Shown here one piece after another: positions 1 to 10,858 of a DNA stretch of 62,855 nucleotides. The translations under genes were made by a program, and so were the position numbers. Position 1 is the stretch's first letter, and every line of letters begins with the position of its first letter. The notes under the pieces were generated by a model. It was not told the origin of the DNA and did not search any database. It was given only the letters and a program-made list of their open reading frames with translations. The DNA comes from Craspedostauros australis (taxonomy: Eukaryota). Location of the stretch: NCBI GenBank assembly GCA_030167865.1, contig JALAGF010001869.1, positions 1 through 62,855 of the forward strand, in the 5' to 3' direction.

Positions 1-311
1 TTGCTGTCTAGGATGTGGACGAACACATGCAGCTCACGAGCGTGCGCATGCGTACCGTTCGGGACGAGGCCGCCATCCGCTGCATGCATCGGCTTCACAT
101 CAATCACTCGTGTGATGGTGCTCGGCTTCCTCAACGTAGCGGACGGCTTGCCAGGCAACAGTTGATTGGCGGTTGGCAACAGGAACCCCTTCGAATCGAC
201 AGGAGGAGCAGGCACAGGGTGAGCAGATGCAGGGCGAGCAGAACGCGGCTTCTTACTGGGGGAGGGGTTGGCATCCTTGGAGAGGGCCCTGGCAGCAGCA
301 GAGGGAAACAT
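1..311 (-). CDS. 5' part of a hypothetical protein running off the window edge (not in the ORF track)
   Basis: Manual translation from ccaccATG at 311 gives MFPSAAARALSKDANPSPSKKPRSARP...TITRVIDVKPMHAADGGLVPNG..., open to the window end. A possible donor (gtacgc) lies near 55. No family recognised. Confidence 0.45.
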   Translation of the reverse strand, partial: MFPSAAARALSKDANPSPSKKPRSARPASAHPVPAPPVDSKGFLLPTANQLLPGKPSATLRKPSTITRVIDVKPMHAADGGLVPNGTHAHARELHVFVHILDS

Positions 312-420
312 GGTGGGATTGTTGGTGGAGAGTAGTGTGGTTTGCTAGGTGGATGTGATGGTGTGCACTGGTCTGAGACGAAGTGAGCAAGGAGAGCATC
401 CGATGAAAGGCAAACCAGCT

Positions 421-484
421 TGCAACAGCAACAGCAACAACAACAACAACAACAACAACTGCTACTACTACTGCTACTACTACT
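421..484. repeat. compound microsatellite (CAA/CAG)n followed by (CTA)n
   Basis: Directly visible: caacagcaacagcaacaacaacaac...ctactactactgctactactact. Confidence 0.9.
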
Positions 485-586
485 CTGACGACAACGGGCA
501 TTGAGTGAAAGGGCGAGTGTGCATGGCATTGGCGAGGAAAGTGAAATGGAGCCAAAGCCTGGCGCGATTTTGTGAAATGATGGAGA

Positions 587-628
587 TGATGTGTTTTGTG
601 TGATGTGTTTTGTGTGATGTGTTTTGTG
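587..628. repeat. 14-bp tandem repeat (tgatgtgttttgtg) x3
   Basis: Directly visible. Confidence 0.85.
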
Positions 629-1838
629 ACGAGCAGAATGTGGAATCCTGTGGCACATGCTAACGTGTAATTAACGCGTACCAAACCACCGACATCTTCG
701 GGAGCTAGTCCATGACTGACCACCTGACGATAAATACTTGAGAACATCATCGAACCTTCGACAACTACCAACGAGTTTTGCGTGGTTGGATCCACGTGAC
801 TAGAATGAACACATTGATCGATGCATAAAACGTAAAATAAGCTTTACTAAGCACTGAAAAGGTGACATATACATAAAGAGACTACAAGAATTTCGAATAT
901 GTGCTTAGTTTGAAAATCCCAGAAATCCGATTAGACTCTTCATTTCAAACGATTGGTCGACTCACTGATCGGGCTCATATATACATCAATCTATGTTTAC
1001 GAGCTGCGCGAACGAGTATTGGTAGATAAGCGGAGGCGATGGTCATGGTTGCAACGTTTTATACCTATGTATAGCAGGTGTACAATAGGCACAGTAGTGC
1101 TATGTGCTTGACCTGTCCTGAGAACCCCTGAGCGATGCATTCATGCGACATCAAATCAAGGAAAGAAGAAGAGAGCAGAGCAGCTGGAATGCTCGTGTTT
1201 CTCGCCCCCTTGGCAGCAACTCATCTTTCCTCTCGTCATTTCGCATTCATCGTCGTTGGTCTTGCTTCGTTTTGTGGGATGATGGCATTGAGACAATGAC
1301 CTGTCAACTGCTCTGCGACTTTGCAAATAGTACGAACTTTGGCAGTGCATTGCGACACTACGACTATTTCAACAACATTAACAGATGTCTATGACTAGCG
1401 ATACGTCCATAGTAAGTCTTGTCTGATTGAAAACGACTTCGATAGTCTCAAAACAGAAGCCGACAAATCCGGAACACGAGAGAGGAAAACGATGCCGCAA
1501 AACCACGTTCTCCAAACCCGATCCGCAGAAACAGCCACCGCAGAGCCATCAACCAATCCACGGCCAACCACCAGTTCTGCGATCTTCCTTGTTGGAGGCA
1601 GAAGCGCAGACGCCTTCCCCTGGATTGTTCTCCGCAACACGGATTTGTTGGAGGAGTATCCGTGGTGCTACCAACACCAATCGAGCAGAGGCACTTCCAA
1701 CCATTGCCCCTTCGCCCATCGCCGATGGACACACGGAGGTATCGTTGAGTCCATTCAAGTCCACGTTTGCGTCTACTTCTCCTCATTGCAATATACGCGT
1801 ACTTGTACTAGAGTGCCACACGTGCAGCACAAGGGTCA

Positions 1839-3728
1839 ATGTCAAGTCTCGCATCATCTCGGCCGAGATTGCCATCCAGACAAGGTCGGCGGGTTGCTTT
1901 CCTCCTGATGGCCTCCTTCTTCATGATCCTGGCGAAGCGGGCTGCTGCTTTCGCAACGGCATCTCGACGTACATGCAACGCCGATGGTGTATCTGCAACC
2001 ACGGCTCTGATGGCAACGAGAGGAGTGTCGCAGTTCTCGGCCACCGTTCCAAGGCAGAGCACAGTTCGGTGGCGGTCTAACAGGAGCCTTTCCCCTGCGG
2101 GCGCATCGGTGATCACCCAGTTATCGATGCTTTCTCTCGATCGTCATGATGTTGACGGGATGACGAACTGCGACGAGCGATACGGCTGCTCCCGGTTGGG
2201 TCCCTTCCGACAGAACCGGAGCAGAGGATACCTCGCCTCGATATCGTCTCCGCGTTCAGCCACCCGGCTGGACATGGGAAGACGGCGCAAGACGGACATT
2301 GCGGCTTCTGATTCTACTGACGCGTCGAGTGAGACAGCCTCAGCTACGGCAACAGCCACGATTGCAAAGGACGAGGATACGAAAACAAAGGCTGCTGCGA
2401 AGAAGAAGGCGGTAGCAAAGAAGAAGGCTCCACCGAAGAAGAAGAGTCCGTCTAAAACGAAAACAGCAGCAACCAAGCTGAAGCCGAAGGCAGCCAAACC
2501 CGTCGTCGACACCCAGATCAATCTGAACGGTGCGAATGCCACAGAAGCGTTGCCATTGAAGCCGGAGGATCTGGGACCGCTGAAGATGCCAGTAGCGTTG
2601 AGCCCATCGTCGGTGCTCGAATTCCAGAAATGCCCGCAATCCTTCATGTTCCAGTACTTGTACAAAATGAGGCAGCCCAACAACCTGGCACTCGCCAAGG
2701 GGAAGTTGTGCCACTCAGCGCTGGAGCAAGTCTTCGACCTCGAGAAGCCAGAACGCACCTTGGAAAATCTGCAGAACCTCTTTCGCACCAACTGGGGCAA
2801 CGTCCGCGACGACGACGATTGCCGTTTCCTCTTCAACACGCTCAAAGAGGGCGGCGGTGAGAGTGACGAAGGCAAAGGCGAAAGTGAAGGTGAAGACGAG
2901 GAGCTTGTACATGACATCCAGGCCGAACGGGAATGGGGGCTCTCTGCATTGAAGCTTCTTCAGAACTATGTCGAGTACGAGGATCCCAGCACGATCAGCC
3001 GCCCCAACCCCATGAAGCGAGAGTCTTGGGTCGTGTCGAAGCTCACGGTCGACCCTTCGCTCGGTATCACATCGCCAACGTACAATGACACGGCAGATGA
3101 AACCGACGAGGACGACGCGGAGGATGACGACGATCCCGATGCGACAGCCAAGAAACCATCGAAAACCACCAAGACAAAGCCAAAGAAGAAGAAGGGTAAA
3201 GCTGAGGACGACGGTGTAGAGAGGTTCCTCGTACGCGGTATCGTCGATCGCATGGACCTCGTCAAGGATGGTCCTGGTGCCGGAGTGAGCCTCCGAATTG
3301 TGGATTACAAGACAGGTAAGGCGCCCCATCTGAAGTACACGCCCGCCATGAATCACAAGATCATGAATGAGGCCTTCTTCCAGCTCAAGATCTACGCCTT
3401 GCTGCTGCAGGAGAACAAAAAGAAGTACAAGAAGAGCACTCGAAAAAGTCTGGACCACCGCTTCCTGCGGTTGCTGTACCTCACATCGCACAATGACAAG
3501 GCCGAATCATTGGACTACGACCTCGGCGCCACGAAGGAGGAGCGGGATGCAGAGCTTCAGGCCGTCCATGCCGAGCTGGCGAACGTGTGGAAGTCAATAC
3601 AGGAACTGGTCGACGGGCAAGACCCCAAAGCTTTCGTTGGTTGCGCTCGTCCTTTTTGCTACTGCCACAAGTGTAGACCCCGCTTCGCACCAGGGTCTGT
3701 GTGGGAGCCACCGCCCGATGGCAACTAG
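1839..3728 (+). CDS. PD-(D/E)XK nuclease, RecB/AddB/Cas4-like exonuclease (PDDEXK_1 type) with organellar presequence
   Basis: Motifs LSPSSVLEFQKCPQSF...GKLCHSALE, VRGIVDRMD, LRIVDYKTGK, FQLKIYALL and C-terminal CARPFCYCHKC match the RecB-family nuclease pattern. Intronless. A second in-frame ATG lies at 1908. Confidence 0.88.
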   Translation: MSSLASSRPRLPSRQGRRVAFLLMASFFMILAKRAAAFATASRRTCNADGVSATTALMATRGVSQFSATVPRQSTVRWRSNRSLSPAGASVITQLSMLSLDRHDVDGMTNCDERYGCSRLGPFRQNRSRGYLASISSPRSATRLDMGRRRKTDIAASDSTDASSETASATATATIAKDEDTKTKAAAKKKAVAKKKAPPKKKSPSKTKTAATKLKPKAAKPVVDTQINLNGANATEALPLKPEDLGPLKMPVALSPSSVLEFQKCPQSFMFQYLYKMRQPNNLALAKGKLCHSALEQVFDLEKPERTLENLQNLFRTNWGNVRDDDDCRFLFNTLKEGGGESDEGKGESEGEDEELVHDIQAEREWGLSALKLLQNYVEYEDPSTISRPNPMKRESWVVSKLTVDPSLGITSPTYNDTADETDEDDAEDDDDPDATAKKPSKTTKTKPKKKKGKAEDDGVERFLVRGIVDRMDLVKDGPGAGVSLRIVDYKTGKAPHLKYTPAMNHKIMNEAFFQLKIYALLLQENKKKYKKSTRKSLDHRFLRLLYLTSHNDKAESLDYDLGATKEERDAELQAVHAELANVWKSIQELVDGQDPKAFVGCARPFCYCHKCRPRFAPGSVWEPPPDGN

Positions 3729-4936
3729 ATCGCACGTGAATACTTACCATGCATTCGCAATTCCTTGGAGTTCCTTGTCGTTGTAGACGTGTGGAGCAGT
3801 CCGCCAACCGAAGCCTTGGATGATTTGCTCCACTTCCAAAGTGCAAACATCATCCAAATGCAAACGAGATTGGTGGTTGATTAGTGATCCAGGTTGTGTT
3901 CATTTTCAACTTGGAACTCGTTGATGCGGAGTGACTGGATGGACTCGGAGCGGAGCAAAAGCACACGAGTACGAGTACAAGTGCGACAATGAGGGACGGA
4001 GCCCAGCCTGCCACCCGTAGGTCGTACGGTCACTAGTGGAAGATGAAGCAAGGGATCAGCCAACATGGCGTAACGATAGCAGTGGAAGTTATTATGACTG
4101 TGTTCTACGCATGAACTTCTTCGCATGGCTCATTCCTTCGCACAACCCTTGGCCTTCTACACGAAACTCGATTGGGCACTTCGTCCAGGTTGATTGTCAA
4201 TGCCATCCGCACACCACCCCGCAGGTATGCTTAAAGTAAGCACAAACTACGTTGTCTTAACGATGCTGCATGCGGGAGCTGCAGCTACCATGGATTGCTC
4301 GTAGTGCCAGCACATCCATGTGTGAGTCCTGTGATTCCGTTGGTCCGTTATCTAGCTAAAGAGAATAGACATCTATATCAAAAACCGGACACACTATCTA
4401 GGAAGGTCTATTACATCGGGCAACGGCCAGACTGTGACAGGCCAAACCGACACGCCGAACAAACAGTCAGTTCAAAATGGCCTTTAGTGAAGTATGCACT
4501 GACACATGGAAACAGACAACTCCAAGTCAAACAGACATACACAACAAGTGAGCGGATGACTGACATTGTAATACATTTAAATACATTATTTACCGCTGGT
4601 CCCGTTCAAAGATCTAGACTGAAACGAAGCTATACAAATATGTGGATATGGCAAACTTGATACGACTGGAAGAGTGAAGGTTACAGTATTGTTCATGGAC
4701 TATCCACAATAGATTGAGTGCTTTGCGTATGAGTTCATTCAAAGTCCGAACCTCAACCCTGGAGAGAAGAGCAGGACTGCCAAAATGTGATTTCTGAACG
4801 GTACTGCCCGGGAACTCTTCCTGCCGACAAGGTTGATTGGCTGTGGAGCTGAGAGTTTTGGTGGATTTGCAGAGCGCGGATACATAGCAATGGAATTATC
4901 GGTGCAAGTAACAGTGACCTAGGGTTACCCAGTTTT

Positions 4937-6460
4937 CTAATTTCTGATGGAGTAGAGCTTGATGGCGAATTGAGCCACGATGGAAAGCATGAGCATGATG
5001 CTGAGGACAGTCGGCCCGAGGGTGTCCTCGTATGGTCCGGGGTGCTTGTTGCGGATCATGAACGCGCGACGAGAATCTGAATGGTTGCGCGCATGTGTGT
5101 TTCGTTTTTGTTATTGCGTGGTCGCGGCGAGCATTGCATTGCATTCGGATTCGAATTCATCATCCATATTGTAGTTCCATCCAAATGACAAACAGGACGT
5201 GGAGAAGAAGAAGCAGAGGAAATGAGATGGTCAAGTGGAGATGTGTGAGGATGCTTGGAGAAGTGAGACAGAGTCTTGGCAGAAAGTGAGACAAGGATTG
5301 AAGAACGCAGATAGATAGCGAAACTCACATTGACGCATGGCGTACACGATGAAGGCGACTGCCACGGGGAGCAGGACGATTCCGTACAATTGCGAAGCGG
5401 GGTTGTTTTCATCGGAAAAGGCCAGAATCGCGATGGATCCGCCAGCTAGAATGATGGAGATGTGCAACCACGCGAGGAAGGTTCGCTCGTTGGCAAAGAA
5501 GACCTTGGGTTCGACCTTGACCGGCGCCTTGCGCTGCTTGATCAGCTTCCTGCCGTTGCCCGTGGCCAATGGTGCGCCATTGTGTTTCTTGGAACCGAAG
5601 ATGCTGTTCCAAAAGCTACCGGCTGCTCCCAAAGCCGCCTTCGGCTTGCTTGATGGCTCGTTGGATTGATACGACGGTGCCGCCGCTGACTTGCCATTTA
5701 CAGTTTGCGCTCCCTGTGCATATGTTGATTTCAGTTTTGGTCCATTGAATGGAGGCAGTCCGAGAGGGTGGGAATGGGGCGGCAGAATGCGAGTAGGCGA
5801 TAAGGGAGAGAGAAGGTAAGTTGTGCAATTTGAAACAGGCGGTGAGCACACACAAATATCTCGGACTCGGCAGCCGAGTTCGTGCTCGCACGAGTACAGC
5901 AATTGCCATGCTATGACCAAGAAGATTCACACATGTAGACTTCCAACATCAACATCAGCACCGACGTTGCATGGCTGGGATCCTTGCAACTGGGCATAGA
6001 TGCGCTGCTATGATGGAGTCACCATTGCGATTCAACTCAATGAAATGAAATGCAATCCAATGTAATCCAAAGCGATTGTGATTGCCGTTGTCATTGCTCC
6101 ATGGTCATGTCATTGCTCCATGGTCATGTCAAAGTAGCTTGCGTGCGAATACGGATGCGTAGTTGCACATTCATCGAAGATTCATTCCGCGCAGTTTCGT
6201 TTCGAGCGCTCAATGCAATTTCATCTGCGCAGGCTCTTTTTGCAGGCATTCTGCTTTTGGGTGCGTACCCTTGCTTTGAGCACACGCGGCGCGAATTCGT
6301 CGGCGGTGGAGCCCTGCGGTATCTCTTCAACCACCTTGCCGCCGTCGCCGTCCCAACCGGAAGCCTGTGTGCGGCTGTTGTGCTCGAGGAAGTAATAGGG
6401 ATGGGCCTTGGTTTCCGCGGATGCCAACAATGGTGTGTCCTCTGCTGTGCTGCCTGACAT
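4937..6460 (-). CDS. VTC1: Vacuolar transporter chaperone Vtc1-like / DUF202 membrane protein; 3 exons (6460-6269, 5713-5329, 5076-4937)
   Basis: KVEPKVFFANERTFLAWL is the Vtc1/DUF202 signature. Two GT-AG introns join in frame to give ...YAMRQYSRRAFMIRNKHPGPYEDTLGPTVLSIMLMLSIVAQFAIKLYSIRN*, with three TM helices. Confidence 0.88.
6091..6130. repeat. 19-bp tandem duplication (tcattgctccatggtcatg) x2 in Vtc1 intron 1
   Basis: Directly visible. Confidence 0.8.
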
Positions 6461-7512
6461 TGTCGATGGGATGGAGTCGTATCTGTGCTTCCTTCCTTCT
6501 CTCCTTCTCTTGCTTGCTTCTTTGCCTGTTCAACTACTGGGTAGCCGTGTGCACTCCTGTGATTATGATTGTGATTGTGATTGCGGATGTGGATGTGGGT
6601 GCGGATGTGGGTGTGGGTGTGGATGCAGGAGCGAGATGGCAGGTTCTGTGATTGTCGAGCGGACCCTCGCCACCAAAATCGAGTTGGCTGCGGTGGTTCT
6701 GTTTGTGGAGTTCTGTGGTGGTTGTTGTCGATTGTTGCTTCGCATCTCCCTTCACAAACAACAACCAAAATCGAACACCACAAAAGTGAAGGATTTTGTG
6801 TCGTCCTTCATCTTTTACGGACGCCTGATGGGCGGACAGACGGGAGGCGAAAGAGAATGCGAATGGGTCACGAATGGAAGTCGTGTATCCGTATTCCATT
6901 TGCGCCTATAACAGTACCATTGAGACAAGAGCATTTCGCAGAAAATGGCGAAAAAGGTGGATCAAGAAAGGTGCGCACAAATCAACGGCCCAACGACGCC
7001 TGCGGCGACAACATCATCCAACAAACACACAATCTCAAAGAGGGAAAGGTGCTGAAGCACGCCACCTTCTTTGTCTCTTTCTCTCAACATGGTGCACCAT
7101 GCGCGATCCTGCATCGTTTCGAACAATCCACTCGTGTGCACAACTAACACGTTTGTTGAGCGATGCTTCAGGGCAACAAGGCGCAGCATGACTGGATCCT
7201 AAATGCAGACAACAGCGCATGCCACTTGTGGGACATCGCGAACAAACGTGATTGCTCTTCCCAGCGTGGACAGAACACCAGAGGTGATGGGATCGCAACG
7301 CGCACGAGTAGCCTCGTATGATGGTACATGTGTAATGCATAGTACGGCTGGTGCTTCTCACTCGGTGGGAATTACCTCAACTGACGGCAACGATAAGGTG
7401 GTCGTTCCTCGTAGGAGTATCACATGACTCCTCGCTGTGCGTCTCTCTCTCTCTTCAGAGTGGAAAGGAGTGACACGCAGCGAATACACAGAGACACAAG
7501 ACAGTGGGATGG

Positions 7513-7539
7513 AGTAGAGTAGAGTAGAGTAGAGTAGAG
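7513..7539. repeat. (AGAGT)n pentanucleotide microsatellite
   Basis: agtagagtagagtagagtagagtagag. Confidence 0.85.
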
Positions 7540-7837
7540 CACTCTACTCGATGGAATGAGTCATACCACCGCAGTGCCAGAAGAGAGAGAAAGCGAGACA
7601 AAAGGAGAAAGCCAGGGAACAGACAAAGTCAGAACACCGCCTTGCGGAACACTCTGCTCTGCGGTGACCGTTCTGTAGCTCCGCATCACATCCAATTGCT
7701 CTGGAGTCAAAGAGTACTCTGCACGAGGACAGATTCTGGGCATTCTGCTGTTGGCATTTCTCCGCTCCTCCTCGCATTCCTACATCAGACCATCATTTTT
7801 TGGAGACAGAGGACCATCGAACACATCCAGCACGTCA

Positions 7838-9568
7838 ATGATGAACCGCCTGTTCCCAAGTCGCAGGAAGGATTCCGAGACCATTAATCTCTACGAGGAT
7901 GCCATCACAGTCACTTCGACTGTAGTCAAAAGTCCATCGCGCCGTTCAATGGCACCGCGCAGCATGCCCAAACGCGGACGATCGTTGCCACCGGCATCAG
8001 CGCCAAAGTTTGCCACTTCGACCACTTCATCCTCCATGTCCGCTGCCTCTTTCGGTGGCGAAAGCGTAGCCAGCACAATCCAGGGAGCCAGACTTTCGGA
8101 CAGATCCGACTCCACCTTGCGCATCGTGGGCGTCGTTGACACGAATGGACCTACAAATGCACGGTCGAATGCACCAACGCGGACTCCAACTGGCATGCCA
8201 CAACGTGGACGTCAACGCCGGTTTCGTTCGGCAAGCCCATCCATCCGCTCATCGTCCGTCACACCTCGACGCCAGCGCTCATCATCATCGAGATCGTTTT
8301 TATCCAACAGGAGCAGAACGCTCAACAGGTCTGGACCGTCGTCCGCGATGTCCATGACATCGAAACGGACCCCAAGAGTGCCTCGGCCTGGATTGCTGCT
8401 GATGAGGAGGAAGGGTACATCCCCACCGGACAAGAAAACGAAAAAGGAACAAGAGGCGGTTGACGGCAACGCGAGTGAAGGATCGGCATCGAATGGGTCA
8501 TCGTCAACCGCGCGGCGGCAATCGACAACTGCCAAGGGGCAGAAGAACAAGAAGGATGCCACCAGCACCACCACCACCACCAACAACAACAAAAAGAAAT
8601 CGCAACGAAACGGAACCATAGTCACGAAACAGCCCAAGGGCGAGCAAGGGAAGGGCAAACAGCAGAGGCAGAAACAGAGAGAGGCGGAGAGCCGAGAAGA
8701 CGTAAGCGAACAGAGAGAATCAATGACTTCCGCCGCAAGACTGACTGTGGTAATGAGCGAACGAAAGGTATATCGACCGTCGCAGTCGCAGTCGCAGTCA
8801 TCAAAGACTGCTACCCGTCCTGTTCATCGCAAACCCATGGGAAGGCCGCCGCTGCACACTTCGGCCAGAAACTCACAGACCCGCAGAGGACCAGCGCAAC
8901 AATCTAACGTTCCTCCAACTGACCGTTCACCCTTGGAACGCCAAAGCATGACATCCGCAGTCAGCTCAATGGTCAAGGCAGCAAATGCAGCCTTGGGTAT
9001 GGCGACCATGGTTGCGATACAGCCGCCATCATCGTCCAGTAGCAACGCCACCGCCAACAGTAGCAACAGCAACAATATCAGCTCAATCACAGGCGCCAAT
9101 GCAAACGCAAACTCAGCCACAAAGACAGACATCAATAGAAAGACGAATGCCAATTCCGTTGACGACAGGAACGACCAGGAAAGCAGTGAAACCAAGCCTG
9201 AAGAAACACTCGTTGCGAAGAATGTTGCCCCTCTTGCAACAGAAAGGGAAGCAGCCCAATCCATCGACATGGGTGGCTCCCAAGCCGCACAAGCATCCAG
9301 CTTGGAAAACCATGGCAACGAAATGGTGAGCACAAATCAGCGGCAGATTGATCGGATCGTCAATCAGGTATTCAACACGCAGGATGATGAGTCCACGATA
9401 GACTCAATGGACGTCCTGTACAATTGGATATGTAGTGGGCCGCTGGATGAGCGCGATCTCTTCGACGATCAATCAGAAACCACCGCCGGATCCACCCTCT
9501 CGGCCGTCACACGGTGGTACAACCTCCAGTCCGGAGTGCTGGGGCAGCTGGGCAATTGTGGCCACTAG
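7838..9568 (+). CDS. hypothetical S/R/T-rich disordered protein
   Basis: Long intronless ORF, first ATG at 7838 (MMNRLFPSRRK). Low complexity, with a basic N-half and an acidic C-terminus. No known domain seen. Confidence 0.7.
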   Translation: MMNRLFPSRRKDSETINLYEDAITVTSTVVKSPSRRSMAPRSMPKRGRSLPPASAPKFATSTTSSSMSAASFGGESVASTIQGARLSDRSDSTLRIVGVVDTNGPTNARSNAPTRTPTGMPQRGRQRRFRSASPSIRSSSVTPRRQRSSSSRSFLSNRSRTLNRSGPSSAMSMTSKRTPRVPRPGLLLMRRKGTSPPDKKTKKEQEAVDGNASEGSASNGSSSTARRQSTTAKGQKNKKDATSTTTTTNNNKKKSQRNGTIVTKQPKGEQGKGKQQRQKQREAESREDVSEQRESMTSAARLTVVMSERKVYRPSQSQSQSSKTATRPVHRKPMGRPPLHTSARNSQTRRGPAQQSNVPPTDRSPLERQSMTSAVSSMVKAANAALGMATMVAIQPPSSSSSNATANSSNSNNISSITGANANANSATKTDINRKTNANSVDDRNDQESSETKPEETLVAKNVAPLATEREAAQSIDMGGSQAAQASSLENHGNEMVSTNQRQIDRIVNQVFNTQDDESTIDSMDVLYNWICSGPLDERDLFDDQSETTAGSTLSAVTRWYNLQSGVLGQLGNCGH

Positions 9569-9808
9569 CTCTTGCCATGTCGCCATCGTGTGGCGATGCG
9601 TGATGTTCTATGTACGAGCATTGGATGGAAGTGAATTCGAACTTAGCTGCTCTGCAATACTTTAGTATTCTATTATATGTAGTTGCAGGAGTATCGAGAG
9701 TGGGCAATGGCGAAGGATATTGGCCGGTGCTGTGCCACAAGTACACTTAAGCACAAAAACATACTGCAAGTCTAATGTAATTGTAAGCTTGACAGTCTGT
9801 TACGTCAA

Positions 9809-10858
9809 TTATAGCACGAGGTTACGCTCACCAAGCCGCAACGGCGGTTCTGCTCCACCTCGTTTCCTGCAGTCCTCTGCACGCTTCGCAACATTGGGCA
9901 GTGCGACGAGTTTGAGCGGGTCCTCCAAAGTCGGGATGGTACGCAAGGTTGCAAAGAGCTCGGTCACTAGAATCGGCGGCATGGGTTCGGAGGACGCTTT
10001 TGCAGACCTGGCTTTCCTGGATGCGTTGTACGCCTTGACCAGCTGAGATTTGCGAAAGTACAGCGGCGTCGTCTTGCCATCTTCCAACAAGAAATCGTTG
10101 ATGTAGAACAGAGGGACCTTGTTCTCTGCTAGATCGCTCTGCTTCGTCAACTCAAGAGCATCGCTCACATCCTCCTCCGATGGCGAGACGAAGAAGTAAT
10201 TGCGCGTGGATCTGGAAATAGGCTTATCGAGCGCCAAGGTGATGGCGGTTTCCAACGGCACCGTGGATATCCGAGCATCCTTCCATGGGTTCACCATCTG
10301 GTCTGGATCCAAAGCCTGCTTTTGCCGTTTGGCTTCCTTGATGGCATTGTCGGCGCTGGTGCTTGCCGACTTCAATATCCGACTGGCCTCGTCGTACTCC
10401 GTGAAGAAGTACGCCGTGACTTTGGCATCGTCACCGACAACCATGAACGGGACCCCCCGTTTGTCCACGATCGTGAATGTCGGCACGCCTTCAATGAACG
10501 TCAGCAACTTCTGGACGCTCTTGTCGTCATCATTTGCGTCGCTGCTGCTGGTGCTCGTGGCAACTGTGCTGGCATCAATCTCTGCTGCGTTGGCCGGAGG
10601 TACAAATACACTGGGCAGTGCTATTGCTGTCGCCGAAGCAGCCACCCACTCGATCACGTCCCTTCTACTCTCACTTTTGGAACCTGCATCGTGCAAGGTC
10701 GTTGTTCGTCCACGCTGCACGTGTTCGTAGCGAAACTGAGCTGCTGCCGACGCTGATGCTTGTCCTGGTCTGCCTGGTGTGAATGCAGACACCTGTGAAG
10801 GCGATCCGCTGTGCCATGATGTGGCGATCAATGCGATCATGACACACGAGTATGCCAT
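9809..10858 (-). CDS. Tic22-like protein, plastid-targeted
   Basis: EGVPTFTIVDKRGVP, AYFFTEYDEA, ISTVPLETA, VPLFY and TPLYFRKSQL resemble the duplicated Tic22 half-domains. The N-terminal signal peptide ends in VSA-FTP (ASAFAP-like). ATG at 10858. Confidence 0.75.
   Translation of the reverse strand: MAYSCVMIALIATSWHSGSPSQVSAFTPGRPGQASASAAAQFRYEHVQRGRTTTLHDAGSKSESRRDVIEWVAASATAIALPSVFVPPANAAEIDASTVATSTSSSDANDDDKSVQKLLTFIEGVPTFTIVDKRGVPFMVVGDDAKVTAYFFTEYDEASRILKSASTSADNAIKEAKRQKQALDPDQMVNPWKDARISTVPLETAITLALDKPISRSTRNYFFVSPSEEDVSDALELTKQSDLAENKVPLFYINDFLLEDGKTTPLYFRKSQLVKAYNASRKARSAKASSEPMPPILVTELFATLRTIPTLEDPLKLVALPNVAKRAEDCRKRGGAEPPLRLGERNLVL

Noticed and set aside
131-795. Poly-Cys/poly-Ser/poly-Val ORFs
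   Set aside because: Artefacts of the (CAA)n/(CTA)n microsatellite.
2144-3491. Long antisense ORFs over real genes (here and throughout the window)
   Set aside because: Expected shadow ORFs from GC-rich codon usage, with no independent domain evidence.
1839-3728. Cas4 as part of a CRISPR-Cas or casposon system
   Set aside because: No cas1, polB, terminal inverted repeats or repeat-spacer array nearby. The neighbours are ordinary eukaryotic genes.
4260-4900. AT-richer intergenic stretch as a possible transposon relic
   Set aside because: No transposase or RT motifs, terminal repeats or target-site duplication recognised. A repeat-library search would be needed.
6408-6911. Metallothionein-like CDCDCGCGCG ORF
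   Set aside because: It derives from a degenerate hexamer microsatellite just upstream of Vtc1 and overlaps Vtc1 exon 1 in antisense.
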